64,000 bases of DNA, from NCBI GenBank assembly GCA_000004985.1, contig GG738856.1, one strand, 5' to 3'. The notes below the pieces were generated by a model, which saw only the letters and a program-made list of their open reading frames with translations, made no database searches and was not told the origin of the DNA. Position 1 is the first letter of the stretch. Each line of letters starts with the position of its first letter. Made by a program: the position numbers and the translations under genes. This stretch comes from Naegleria gruberi. Its lineage: Eukaryota. Of this stretch, positions 29,273-40,130 are shown one piece after another.

Positions 29273-29995
29273 ATGTACATAGCAACTGGAAGCGGAAGAG
29301 ACTCGTTTATATTCCTTGGTCCTCAGGAAAGGCATGGAAAGTATGGAAAACTCATCAAGAATGTTCATTCAGAACAAAAACAGACAAGAATTAATGAATT
29401 TTGGGATAAGGCAGATAAGAGAGAGGATAAATATACTCTACCATCAGGTAATAGAGAGAAGGAAAATTCGGCAACTACAAGGTTTAAGGTTCAGGGAGCT
29501 CCTTCTGAATTGGACGATAAAAAGTGGTTCTCCACTACCACTAGTGCAAATGGTGGTGTAAAGAATGCTTCCTATAATTCGAGTTCTTTGGCAAGAAAAA
29601 CAGCCCAAGATATAACCCTCTCCGAACCAAGAATTCCAAAATATAGTGGTCATGTACCAGGATTACACAATGTGGTTGGTGCTAGTCCTCACAGCTCAAA
29701 ATTCCAAGAGAGAAGTTATCAATCGATGGACTTTGGAAAGAGCTCTTCTTTGGATGGGTTCAATAATACAGTTTCGTTACCATCTCTTTCCAGATCATCA
29801 ACAGCTAGCTCATCAAACAGGCAACAACCTGAGACTTCATTCAGAGTTTCATCTTCGAGTAGAACTTTTACCAGATTTGTTTCTCCAGTTAGATCGTCCA
29901 TTCAGACACACCATTCTGGTAGCTTTGCTGGTCACGTTCCTTCTTCAGTGTCTGGTTTTTCAAACTATGAATTGTCTACCTCTATGAAATATTAA
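29273..29995 (+). CDS. Hypothetical Ser-rich protein (240 aa)
   Basis: ATG ORF with no recognisable domain and a low-complexity S-rich C-terminal half. Confidence 0.3.
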   Translation: MYIATGSGRDSFIFLGPQERHGKYGKLIKNVHSEQKQTRINEFWDKADKREDKYTLPSGNREKENSATTRFKVQGAPSELDDKKWFSTTTSANGGVKNASYNSSSLARKTAQDITLSEPRIPKYSGHVPGLHNVVGASPHSSKFQERSYQSMDFGKSSSLDGFNNTVSLPSLSRSSTASSSNRQQPETSFRVSSSSRTFTRFVSPVRSSIQTHHSGSFAGHVPSSVSGFSNYELSTSMKY

Positions 29996-30108
29996 TTTAT
30001 TTGACCGTTTGAATGCTATTATCATTAATCTGAATCAATAGAAATATTCATCAAGTCAACCTCAACAAATTAATCACATCAATAAACACGCTTTTTTTCA
30101 GCTCTTCA

Positions 30109-31310
30109 TTAATTGTTATCGTGTGTAATTTGAGTATTCATTTCGTCAATGGTATTTGCGTCCTTTTTTGCTTGGCCTTTTTTACTTGAAGAAACAGAGA
30201 GAATCATTAATTTCATATTACTAACAGCTCTAACTCCTTCATCAGATAAATTGTTCTCACCAATATCAAGATTGGTCAATTTGCTCATCTCACTAACGCA
30301 TTTAGCTCCAATGTCAGAAATATCACAGTTGAAAAGTTCAAGTGTAGTCAATTGTTTCATATCACTAATAAATTTAGCTCCTTCATCACCAAATTGATTC
30401 CAAGCAATGTTAAGGTCAGTTAACTGTTTCATTTCGCTGATTTTTTGAGCTCCAATAGGGTCAATGTTACAACTATTTATATCAAGAATACGTAATTGAT
30501 TCATTCCACTGATATATTCAGATCCTTTGTGACGAATATTATTGTTGCTAATATCGAGATCAGTTAATTGTTTCATTTCAAGAATATGTTTGACACCTTC
30601 ATCACCAATATTATTTTCACCAATATTAAGACGTGTCAATTGTTTCAATTCAGATAAATGTTTTGTTCCAACATCACCAATATTGTTGAAATGAATAGAG
30701 AGTTCAGTTAATTGTTTCAATCCACTAATAAATTTAGCACCTTCTTCTTGAATATTGTTATTGTTAATTTCAAGATTGGTCAATTGTTTCATTTCACTGA
30801 TATATTTAGTCCCTTCTTTACCTAGATTGTTCAATCCAACACTGAGAGTGGTTATTCTTTTCATTTTGCTTATATGATTGGCTCCATTTGCTACAATATC
30901 ATTGCCATGAATATCGAGAATAGTTAAATTATCTAGTTCACTAATATACTTGGCTCCTTCCTCACCAATCCAATTTCTCGAAATATTTAAACTTGTTAAA
31001 TTATGTTTCATTTCTAGAATATCCTGAACTTGTTGTAAATTAATACAACTTTCAACACTGAGAATTCTCAATCCTTTCATCAATCTAAATATTTTACAAT
31101 CAAAATTTTCATCCGGATGAAAAAATTTCTATTCACTTGCAGAGTTTCAATATTTTCCAAAAATTCACCTTTCAATTTCTGGTCATTCTCACAAATAAAT
31201 AAAAGTTTAGATAGTTCCCGCACAACAGCAAACCACTGTTTCGAAACTAATGCACAACTCACCACTGAAAATTTAAACTCATTACAAAAAGATAAAATCT
31301 CCGAAAGCAC
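30109..31310 (-). pseudogene. F-box/LRR paralog of the 1851-2867 gene, split across two reading frames. F-box piece is 31080-31310, LRR piece 30109-31083.
   Basis: 'LSEILSFCNEFKFSVVSCALVSKQWF...ENDQKLKGEFLENI' parallels 'VLWEILSFLEKDYKFQIFSFGLVSKQWY...GNDKKLKGDFLQNI'. About 12 LRRs follow in a frame offset by +1 at about 31080. No GT...AG interval of compatible length could be found there. It could also be a sequencing artefact. Confidence 0.45.
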
Positions 31311-31519
31311 ATCATTGGAAAATACATCATCCGAAAGTTTCTTTTTTACTAATTCCTCTTTTTCATTATTGATAATTGAAGAATTAATTTTTCCTCCGAA
31401 AGAATTTCAAAATCTTGACGACTTCGTTTGCTCATTTTTTTTTTGTAAAATTCTCAAATGAAATCCTTGTAAGATATCTAGTCTGTTGAATAGATATTTG
31501 TGTTTTACATTGATGTGGG

Positions 31520-34065
31520 TTATTTTTCACTTGCAACATGAACACCAGTCCAATTTTCAGGAGGATTCTGTATGTAATAGTTGCATCTCTCAATCATTGT
31601 TTGAGTGGCCTTATCACCAGCAAACAATTTAGCACATGTATTGAATTCCATGCAAGCTTGTTCAAAGCTTCCAGCAAAATATTGATCCAGAGCTGATTCA
31701 TATTTCTGAATAAAAGCTGCCTTTTCTCCTTTGGCATAAAATGTTGAAGAAAATTCCAAATTTTTAGATTGAAGCTCATAAACAGTGCATCCTACACTCT
31801 TTCCTTTTACACTGACCTTGTCCAACTTTCTCAATGTAAATGTTTCAAATATTTCAGGTTGACCAGCAGTTGACTCACTAATCATCACCTCAGTTCCATA
31901 GACCTTATTTTGTCCTTCCAAACGAGAAGCTAAATTTACAGCATCTCCCATGCATGTATAGTTCAATCTCCAGATACTGCCAATATTTCCAACAACGCAA
32001 CTTCCAGTATGCAATCCAATCCTACATCTAAACAAGGGTTTTCCTTCTAAATCCCATTTTTCTCTCAATCTTCTCATAGCGGTTTGGCATTTGATAGCTG
32101 CTCGACAAGCTGGAAGAGCTGTATTCATCATTGCTGAAGGTGCTCCCCACAAGGCCATTACCGAATCACCTAAAAGAATATAAGAGTTAATTATTTAACA
32201 CACTACTTACCAATATACTTATCGAGAGTTCCTTGCTCTTTAACAATTTCTTCAGTCATGACATGAAAATATTCACTGACATGGGTGATTAACAATTGAG
32301 GAGGAAGCTCTTCACTCCATGTTGTAAAGTTCTCCACATCTGAAAATAGAATGGTAATATTATCCAACATTGCTCCACCAAGTTTCATTTCAATTCCCTT
32401 TTCGACCATTTCAACAATCAAGTGTTTTGGAACAAATCTCATAAATGATCTCAATGTTGTTTTCATCTTATCAAAAGCTTCACCAAGTTCAATAATTTCT
32501 CTAATTCTAGTTTTTAAAGGTAAACTTCTATTTACCTCCAATCGAGAAATAGCCTTACTTTCATTGGAAAAGTAACCAAGAGGTCGAGAAACCTTCACTG
32601 AAATATAGTAAGCTATAACAATACTAACAATCACGAAAATAACACTAACCACCACATTGAGGCCAGACATTAATAATAAATTTCCAATAAAGTCTGTCTC
32701 TGGTGCTGAGATGAATACCAACCATTCAACATTGAACCCCTCTGAGGATGAAACAACATCAAAGCTCATTAAATTAACAGCTCCATAATGAAAACGATTC
32801 AAGGACTTTCTACCAGCATAGACCTTCTCTGTGGTAGATGGAATAATGTTAACGATAATATGTCGTAGCATTTCATTTGGAATTTCTTCAGCTTCAGGAA
32901 TACTTAATGAACCATCACTATTCTGAATGACCAATGTTTTTAAATCCTTGTAGGCAATAACTCTCTTCCTGTATGTTCCATCTCCATTCTTATTCAGCTC
33001 AATAATACCCAAAATTCCATTCGTAGAAAATTTAAATGATTGTACAAATTCCACGAGTTGCTTGATAACAACAGTAGTGCTGACAACACCAATATATTTT
33101 GAACTATTAAAGGGAGAGTAAATGGATTCCTGATATGAAACATAAACCTGTTCTTCCACATAATCAGCAACTTGAAGTGCTATTGGTGTTATTGCCTTTT
33201 CATAAATGTGAGATAATTTGTAATATTCGTCATTTCTTGGATCGTAAACTGATGGATAATCCTCTTTTTTTGCAATTGCAATAAATGTTCCATTTCTAGT
33301 CAATTGATACGTATCTAGATAGGTAGTATTCGAAGAGGGATTAAACACAAAGTAGAGCTTTTGTCGTTTTTCATAATACTGTCGATACCAAGGTAAATTA
33401 GTATCACTGGAATAATCTGAAGAGTCCACTGAATTGACATATAGATAATCTCCATTAGGAGGTGTAAAATCCATCAAAAAGACCAACAATTTATGTTGGG
33501 AGTGTGTCCTTGCCAATATTTTGAAAATTGTTTGATAATTTTCAGAACTGTAAAACAAATCATCACTTGTTTCCTTCATATAGTAATCATCAAATACTTG
33601 CTGACGTTGAGCAGCTGCCAATATAATACACGTATCCAAATAATTCGAAACATAGGTATTTGCCTTCTCTACTGCACTTGTAACAACGAGATTTTCAATC
33701 TGATTGGCAGTAATTAATGAGAAGGTAATTGAAATAATGGTCAATAAGAGAATTGGCGACAAAATCAATGTACACATAGCCCCCAGCAGTGAGAATTTAA
33801 AACTAATATAGAGAGTTTGCTGTTGGAGTCCATAAACACTGGTGGAAGCTTCCGTATCAGCATCAAACATTTCATTGCCGACTATAACTTGTCCAAATGA
33901 TGAAGGAGGCAATGAAACATTATTACTATTATTGGTGTTATTGGTGTTATTAATGTTATAAAGTGAATATTGCGAAAATCTTCCTTCTTCTGGAGCAGAA
34001 TTTTGTTGTTGGAAATGTTTCCTAGCTAGCTCGGGTTGTATTCTATTGCCTTTGCCAGTCATCAA
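31520..34065 (-). CDS. Receptor-type class III adenylyl/guanylyl cyclase: two TM helices flanking a roughly 350-aa extracytoplasmic domain, then a cytoplasmic cyclase domain. Exon 1 is 32211-34065, intron 32170-32210, exon 2 31520-32169.
   Basis: Cyclase motifs 'ILFSDVENFTTWSE', '...TLDKYIG|DSVMALWGAP' and 'CRIGLHTGSCVVGNIG...RLNYTCMGDAVNLASRLEG'. A 41-nt GTAAGT...TTTTAG intron splits the conserved KxIGDxxMA motif, and the phases match. TM segments 'LLGAMCTLILSPILLLTIISITFSLI' and 'LLMSGLNVVVSVIFVIVSIVIAYYI'. Confidence 0.7.
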
Positions 34066-35072
34066 TAATTGTTGTAATTGTTTTTCATAATATTAAATTA
34101 AATTAGCAGCAAGCAACGATCATCATTGTAGTGTAATGTTCAGAGATGGAAAAAGCATTTGATGGTGTTTGATGGAAATTAGAGTTTCAATATTTAATAA
34201 AAGGAGCACTGAGAGGTTGATGTCCACCTTCACTGATGAAATTACAATGATTGTTGTGATGAAAACTCATGATGTTGTACTACATTTTTTTAGTGCAGGC
34301 CAAGTTCTAACAAAACTGGAAGTTGAGGAAGTAATGGCAATGATACCAGTGCTTTGAATAGGAGCAGTTACACTTTTTGTTGTTGAGGAAGTAATTGAGC
34401 AATAGGTAGTTGATGAGGCAATTTCTCAGGTTGGATCATAAGACATACAAACAAGATTGTCATAGACTTGCAAGCGTTGAAGATCAACCTTAGATAAAAA
34501 GAACGAACTGATAAATGAATAATCGATTAATATTGTTCAATAATAATACATAACAATTTAACAGCAACTTTCTAATCGTGTAACTATGTGAGAGTTTCAA
34601 TCAAACAAATCAATGAATTTCTAAGGTTCTGATAATTGAAATTCAAAAGCCACAATATTAAAAAATTCCAACCTTGTTAAAAACTCAAAAGATTCTTTCT
34701 AGTTGCCCGATTTGAGGTGGCATTCTTCCATCACCCATCGATTTTCATCAAATCAACAACAGCATGCTTCTTCACAACTTGACCTGTGATGACGATGATG
34801 GAAGGACTATTATCACACACAACAAAAAAATTAGATCAAACGTTTGCCACCATCATAGCAAAGAGGGTAATTCATATTCGTTGTTGTTAACCATTATACC
34901 ACAATAGTAGTAGTAACATTGTTATCTTTGCTATTGAACAGTGTCTGCGGATTCTTGTTCATATATCTTTAAAGAATCCAGTAGTAGCAGTATAGATAAT
35001 CAAAAGGCTGCTTATCATATATTTTCCACTAAATATCTTTCCTAATCTAAACCCTATTTAATTTATTAAAAG

Positions 35073-38000
35073 ATGAACAACAATTCATCATCATCAACAA
35101 CCAATAGTAGTAGTAGTAGTTGGCAAGCAGTTCGTGAATGGCTCCTCGTGAATGATAAACAACAAGACACATGGGAACAAACTCTCATCAAAAAGTTGTT
35201 GAATTCCTCCTCCGATTTTAACAAGTCCATCCTCATTGTCGAAGATTCACTCCATGAAGGATCTTCCACATTGGAAAATCTATCCTCCATCTACTCTATC
35301 AAAAACACCACCCTCTCAGCAGCAGATTCCAATACTAGTATTTATGCTGTTTTCCAAGTAAGAATTGAAGGAATGACTTGTGGTAATTGTTCGGGATTGG
35401 TCACTAGAGTAATGAAAGGATATTTGAGTGACAGATTTAATTCAAGTCAAGAGAGTGTGATTGGAAACTATTTCCATCATGTGAGTCTGGAAAAGAAGAG
35501 ATTAGTTTGCATTGTTAGGAGTGATTGTTTGGATCCATCGAAAACACATGAGGATGAAATTATGCAAATCATAGCCCATATCAAGGATAATACTAGCTTT
35601 GATCCTTTTCCAATCAAGTCGTTTTATAAGACGCTGGAAGCAAATGCAAGTGTGTCAATTGTCAGAGCTGGTTTTGAAATTGATCATGAATTAATTACTG
35701 AAGAAGTTTTGCAAGGAAAAACAACAAGAAACAAAAGAGACACTGTCATTCTTGTAAGCGACAAGAAAGATATGGCTAAACAATCGTCACCACAAGAAAT
35801 ATCAAATGCTCTCAACGATGCTTTGAACAAAACACCAACATTAACAACATCAACCATGAAAAATGATGATGATGAATTCGAGGAAGTGATTGATTTGAAT
35901 AGAGACAGTTTGGATAATGAACCAAGTAGTTTTGCTGGTCTTTTGGATGATGAAAGTGATGAAGGAAAAATTCCAAAATCTGCCAGCAAGGCATCCTTCT
36001 TTGATTCAATTTTGAAAGCTGTTGGACTCTCACATAATATTTCTAATCCATATACACGAGTTGGATTTGATGAGGAGGCTAGTCAAGAGATTGAATTAGT
36101 GGACAATAGTGGAAGTTTAGATCTAAATGTAACAGGTATGCACTGTTCGTCATGTGTATCAAAAGTAGAGGGTACATTAAAGAAGGTGAATGGTATCAAG
36201 AAGGTTTCTGTTTCCTTGATGACCAACTCTGCCACTGTAGATTATGATCCAGCCCTTCTCACATCTCAAGAAATCATTGAGGAAATTGAGTCTATTGGGT
36301 TCCAAGCTTGTAAAAAACCACCAAAAACAAAGAAACAAGACGCAGTTGACCAATCCTTCCTTATTATCAATGAATGGAAGATCAAGTTTATTGTTTCCCT
36401 CCTCTTGACCATTCCTGTTGTTGTTTTGACCATGTCCAACAAGAGCAAATACTCTGGTCAAGAACTTCAAATGTTCAGATTCCGATTTTCTGCATGGGAA
36501 AAGATCAAATATGTATTACTGAATTATGGATGTATGCTCTTGACATTTATTATTCACTTTATTACTGGTTGGCATTACCACAAGAATGCCTTCAAAGCTT
36601 TGAGAAATTACTATGCCGACATGAATGTACTGATATCATTGAGTACTAATGCTGCCTTTTTCTATTCTATTATTTTATTATTTATTAGTACTTTGGAAAT
36701 GTTTGGAATTATTAATCAGACAGTATCCAAAGCACCATCCTATTTATTTGAAACTTGTGCCATGACTTTAATGTTCCAAAATCTTGGTAAATATCTGCAT
36801 TCTATTGCAAAGAACAAAACAACTGAATCTCTCTCAGCACTGGCTCAACTTCAACCTGCCAAGGCCAATATTGTTGAGAATGTGAAGGATGAATCTGCTC
36901 TATCTTTCAGTGCTAATACGAGAGAAGTTTTCGTTGAGGAAGTTTCTGTTGGAGACTATGTCATGGTCAAATGTGGACACACTATTCCTTGTGATGGAGA
37001 AGTTGTTCTTGGACAATGCTTTGTCAATGAGAGTATGCTCACAGGAGAATCAAAGAGAATTTACAAAAAGAAAGGAAGTAAGGTTCTAGGTGGTACTGTA
37101 AATGAACAATTTTCTGGCAGTGAAGATGGTGGAGTTATTATTGTGAAAATCACCAAGACTGGTCAAGATAGTGTGTTGGGACAAATTATCAACCTCGTAC
37201 AACAAGCTCAACACAATAAGGCTCCTATTCAAGAGTTTGCCGATAAGGTCTCTAAAGTTTTCGTTCCTATTGTGGTGGCCTTGTCTCTTTTCACCTTTGT
37301 AACTTGGTACTTCTTCTCTGTGACTGGTACTGTTAATAATGGAGCCAGTAGAGTTGATTCTATCATGTTTGCCCTCATCTTCTCCATGTCAGTTCTCAGT
37401 ATTTCCTGTCCTTGTGCGATTGGTTTGGCAACTCCAACAGCAGTTATGGTTGCAACAGGTATTGGAGCATCTAATGGTATTTTGGTGAAGGGAGGACTTC
37501 CATTAGAAATTGCACACAAGGTGAATTGCATTTGTTTTGACAAGACTGGTACAATTACTAAAGGAAAGGCTTCAGTTGTGAATTATGGATTCTTTGCTGA
37601 AGATGCTTCAAAGATTGGTATTAAGGAACAAGAGTTTTTCGAAATTCTTGTCGGAGCTGAAAGAGCTAGTGAACATCCTTTGGCTGAGGCTATTGTCAAG
37701 TATTTCTCACCAAAGATTGAACATCACGTCGATCATACTGACACTTCTCTCAGTATCATTGGAGGAAAAGGTTTAAGATACATCTATACAAATAAGAGTG
37801 ATATGAAGCAAAATACTGTTCTAATTGGTAAATCCTCATTCCTCAGTCAAGAAGGTGTCATTGTTACTGATACCAAAGATCAGAAATTTGAAAATACCAA
37901 GAAGAGTCTCAAGGAGGGCCATACTGTTGTTTTCTGTTCTGTAAATAATAATTTGATTGGTTATGTTGCTCTCTTTGATGAAATGAAACCTGAAGCCAGA

Positions 38001-38546
38001 GAAGTCATCAAGACATTGACTGAAGATTTTGGAATTAGGTGCATTGTTATGAGCGGTGACAACAAGCAAGCAGTTCAACAATCTGTTTCATTACTAGGCT
38101 CCAAATTGGAATACCTTCACGATAAGACACCAAGTGAAAAATGCCAATTTATTGAATCACTTAAAAAGCAAGGTTTTACTGTTGCTATGGTTGGAGATGG
38201 CATTAATGATTCACCATCTTTAAGTGCTGCTGATGTAGGCATTGCCATTGGTGACGGAACTGATGTTGCCATTAAGAGCTCTGACATCATCTTGTTAAAT
38301 TCTGATTTGAGAGATGTAGTCACAACCATTGACTTGTCTAAAAAGACCTTCTCTAGAATTAGACTCAATCACTTACTTTCTCTTGGATATAACTTGTTCA
38401 TGATTCCATTGGCATGTGGTGTATTGTGGCCTTTCTATGGTATTGTTTTGCCACCTTATTTATCTTCCATGTTAATGATGTTCTCCAGTTTGAGTGTTTT
38501 GGCAAGTAGTTTGTCTCTTCGTCTCACTTTCAATAAGAGAAAATAA
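35073..38546 (+). CDS. Copper-transporting P1B-type ATPase (ATP7-like) with two HMA domains
   Basis: HMA motifs 'GMTCGNCSG' and 'GMHCSSCVSKVEG'; TM-CPC 'SISCPCAIGLATPTAV'; phosphorylation site 'FDKTGTIT'; 'VGDGINDSPSL'. Confidence 0.9.
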   Translation: MNNNSSSSTTNSSSSSWQAVREWLLVNDKQQDTWEQTLIKKLLNSSSDFNKSILIVEDSLHEGSSTLENLSSIYSIKNTTLSAADSNTSIYAVFQVRIEGMTCGNCSGLVTRVMKGYLSDRFNSSQESVIGNYFHHVSLEKKRLVCIVRSDCLDPSKTHEDEIMQIIAHIKDNTSFDPFPIKSFYKTLEANASVSIVRAGFEIDHELITEEVLQGKTTRNKRDTVILVSDKKDMAKQSSPQEISNALNDALNKTPTLTTSTMKNDDDEFEEVIDLNRDSLDNEPSSFAGLLDDESDEGKIPKSASKASFFDSILKAVGLSHNISNPYTRVGFDEEASQEIELVDNSGSLDLNVTGMHCSSCVSKVEGTLKKVNGIKKVSVSLMTNSATVDYDPALLTSQEIIEEIESIGFQACKKPPKTKKQDAVDQSFLIINEWKIKFIVSLLLTIPVVVLTMSNKSKYSGQELQMFRFRFSAWEKIKYVLLNYGCMLLTFIIHFITGWHYHKNAFKALRNYYADMNVLISLSTNAAFFYSIILLFISTLEMFGIINQTVSKAPSYLFETCAMTLMFQNLGKYLHSIAKNKTTESLSALAQLQPAKANIVENVKDESALSFSANTREVFVEEVSVGDYVMVKCGHTIPCDGEVVLGQCFVNESMLTGESKRIYKKKGSKVLGGTVNEQFSGSEDGGVIIVKITKTGQDSVLGQIINLVQQAQHNKAPIQEFADKVSKVFVPIVVALSLFTFVTWYFFSVTGTVNNGASRVDSIMFALIFSMSVLSISCPCAIGLATPTAVMVATGIGASNGILVKGGLPLEIAHKVNCICFDKTGTITKGKASVVNYGFFAEDASKIGIKEQEFFEILVGAERASEHPLAEAIVKYFSPKIEHHVDHTDTSLSIIGGKGLRYIYTNKSDMKQNTVLIGKSSFLSQEGVIVTDTKDQKFENTKKSLKEGHTVVFCSVNNNLIGYVALFDEMKPEAREVIKTLTEDFGIRCIVMSGDNKQAVQQSVSLLGSKLEYLHDKTPSEKCQFIESLKKQGFTVAMVGDGINDSPSLSAADVGIAIGDGTDVAIKSSDIILLNSDLRDVVTTIDLSKKTFSRIRLNHLLSLGYNLFMIPLACGVLWPFYGIVLPPYLSSMLMMFSSLSVLASSLSLRLTFNKRK

Positions 38547-38600
38547 ATGAAAGATTAATTTATTTACAATGTATTTCTAATAATTTTAATAGTGCAATGA

Positions 38601-38960
38601 TTAATGTCCAAAACCATACAGAGTTCTTCCATGTCTTCTCAATGAATAGACAATATCCATCGATGTTACAGTTTTCCTTCTGGCATGCTCTGTATAGGTA
38701 ACAGCATCTCTAATAATTCCCTCCAAGAAATTCTTCAAAACTCCTCTGGTTTCATCATAGATTTGTCCAGAGATACGTTTCACACCACCTCTTCTGGCCA
38801 ATCGCCTAATGGCTGGCTTTGTAATGCCAGTAATATTATTTCTTATCACTCTATTTGTTCTCTGAGAGTAAAATGCATTGAGAAATTAAGTATTCTGTTG
38901 AACTACCTACTTTGAATCCACCCTTGCCAAGACCTTTACCTCCCTTTCCTCTTCCTGTCA
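38601..38960 (-). CDS. H4: Histone H4. Exon 1 is 38910-38960, a 48-nt intron is 38862-38909, exon 2 38601-38861.
   Basis: Exon 2 '[86 protein letters not shown]' is nearly identical to canonical H4. Upstream exon 'ATG ACA GGA AGA GGA AAG GGA GGT AAA GGT CTT GGC AAG GGT GGA TTC AAA' encodes [17 protein letters not shown] and joins in phase 0 across GTAGGT...CTCTCAG. Confidence 0.85.
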
Positions 38961-39454
38961 TTTGATGTTGAGATTTTTTTGTTTTTATTTGGTTTTGTTA
39001 TTTTTGAGTAGGGAAATGAACTCTCAGTTTAACGAATGTTCCAAATTATTTCGTAATTAGGCAAAGTTGAGTAATATATTTACAATAAATGACAAAAGCA
39101 TTTACAGTTAGTAAGTTTATTTACAATTTGCGGAGTTACTAAGCGCCATGTAATTTTCTGCAGATAATTAAATCATGAAAATATTTTATCATACGAAAGA
39201 CTAAGTGTATGAATACTATTGGAAAGATCAGCAATTCTTGGATAATGTTAAAATGGAATGATTAAACTTATATGCAGTTTCGTATAGTTTTCAATTCCAA
39301 GTTCCATTTTCAATGAATGTTACCAATGCAAAATTTTGGTCAATTAGGTAACCCATCACTTCCGTTCCATTTCATTCAGTGTTAAACAAATCCAATACCT
39401 TCAAAATCAAAAAAAAATATAACAACATTCCTCTGTTTTTTCACTATTCGAAAC

Positions 39455-39844
39455 ATGGTCAGAATAACCGATTTCAAAAAGACATTCACTTGTCCAAAAT
39501 GTCAATCCCAAAACGATAACGCCACCATCAAACAAGCAGAAAATTATGTAGTCACAAGAGAATGCTCCTCATGCTCTCATCAGCAAACTCTTTTCATTCC
39601 AGCAACTTCAGGTTTAATTCCATTAGAAAGGTCAACCAAAGCTTGTACTGCCACATGTTCCTGCACACAATTCAGACCTACCCATAATGATGGAATTACT
39701 TGTGAGTGTGGACATTTGGGAAGTTATCATGGACATTCCTATGGTTTGGGTAGAGATTTAGTGATGAAGAGTTCACTCATTGATAATGGAATTCTTTCTT
39801 TTGATGTGGATAGTTGTGCTGATATGGTGGAGGATAATCAATAA
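39455..39844 (+). CDS. Hypothetical Cys/His-rich small protein (129 aa)
   Basis: ATG ORF with CxxC pairs ('CPKCQ', 'CSSCSH', 'CTATCSC', 'CECGH'), possibly zinc-binding. No family assigned. Confidence 0.3.
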   Translation: MVRITDFKKTFTCPKCQSQNDNATIKQAENYVVTRECSSCSHQQTLFIPATSGLIPLERSTKACTATCSCTQFRPTHNDGITCECGHLGSYHGHSYGLGRDLVMKSSLIDNGILSFDVDSCADMVEDNQ

Positions 39845-40130
39845 TTTTAATAATTGAATGTAAATTTGATGATGAATGTGGATGATTGGTTCTTCAATAA
39901 AAAAATGTCTCACAACAGAACAGGCAAATTTGATGATGGAGAATAATTTTATTAATGTATTATTATATAATTAATATGAAAGTTTAAAATATATTAGCTG
40001 TTTTTCGGAATAATGTTTGGTGGCCAAGTAATGGCTTGATATGGTGCAAATTGTGCAACTGTAGTGGTTAAGCTTGCTCACTTACAAATCCTGTAAATTC
40101 TGATGGCGCCAAATCATCGTCCATGATTTC

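Noticed and set aside
38961-39454. Expected divergent histone H3 gene upstream of H4
   Set aside because: No H3-like ORF in any frame of the 500 bp upstream, or anywhere in the window. H4 here is unpaired.
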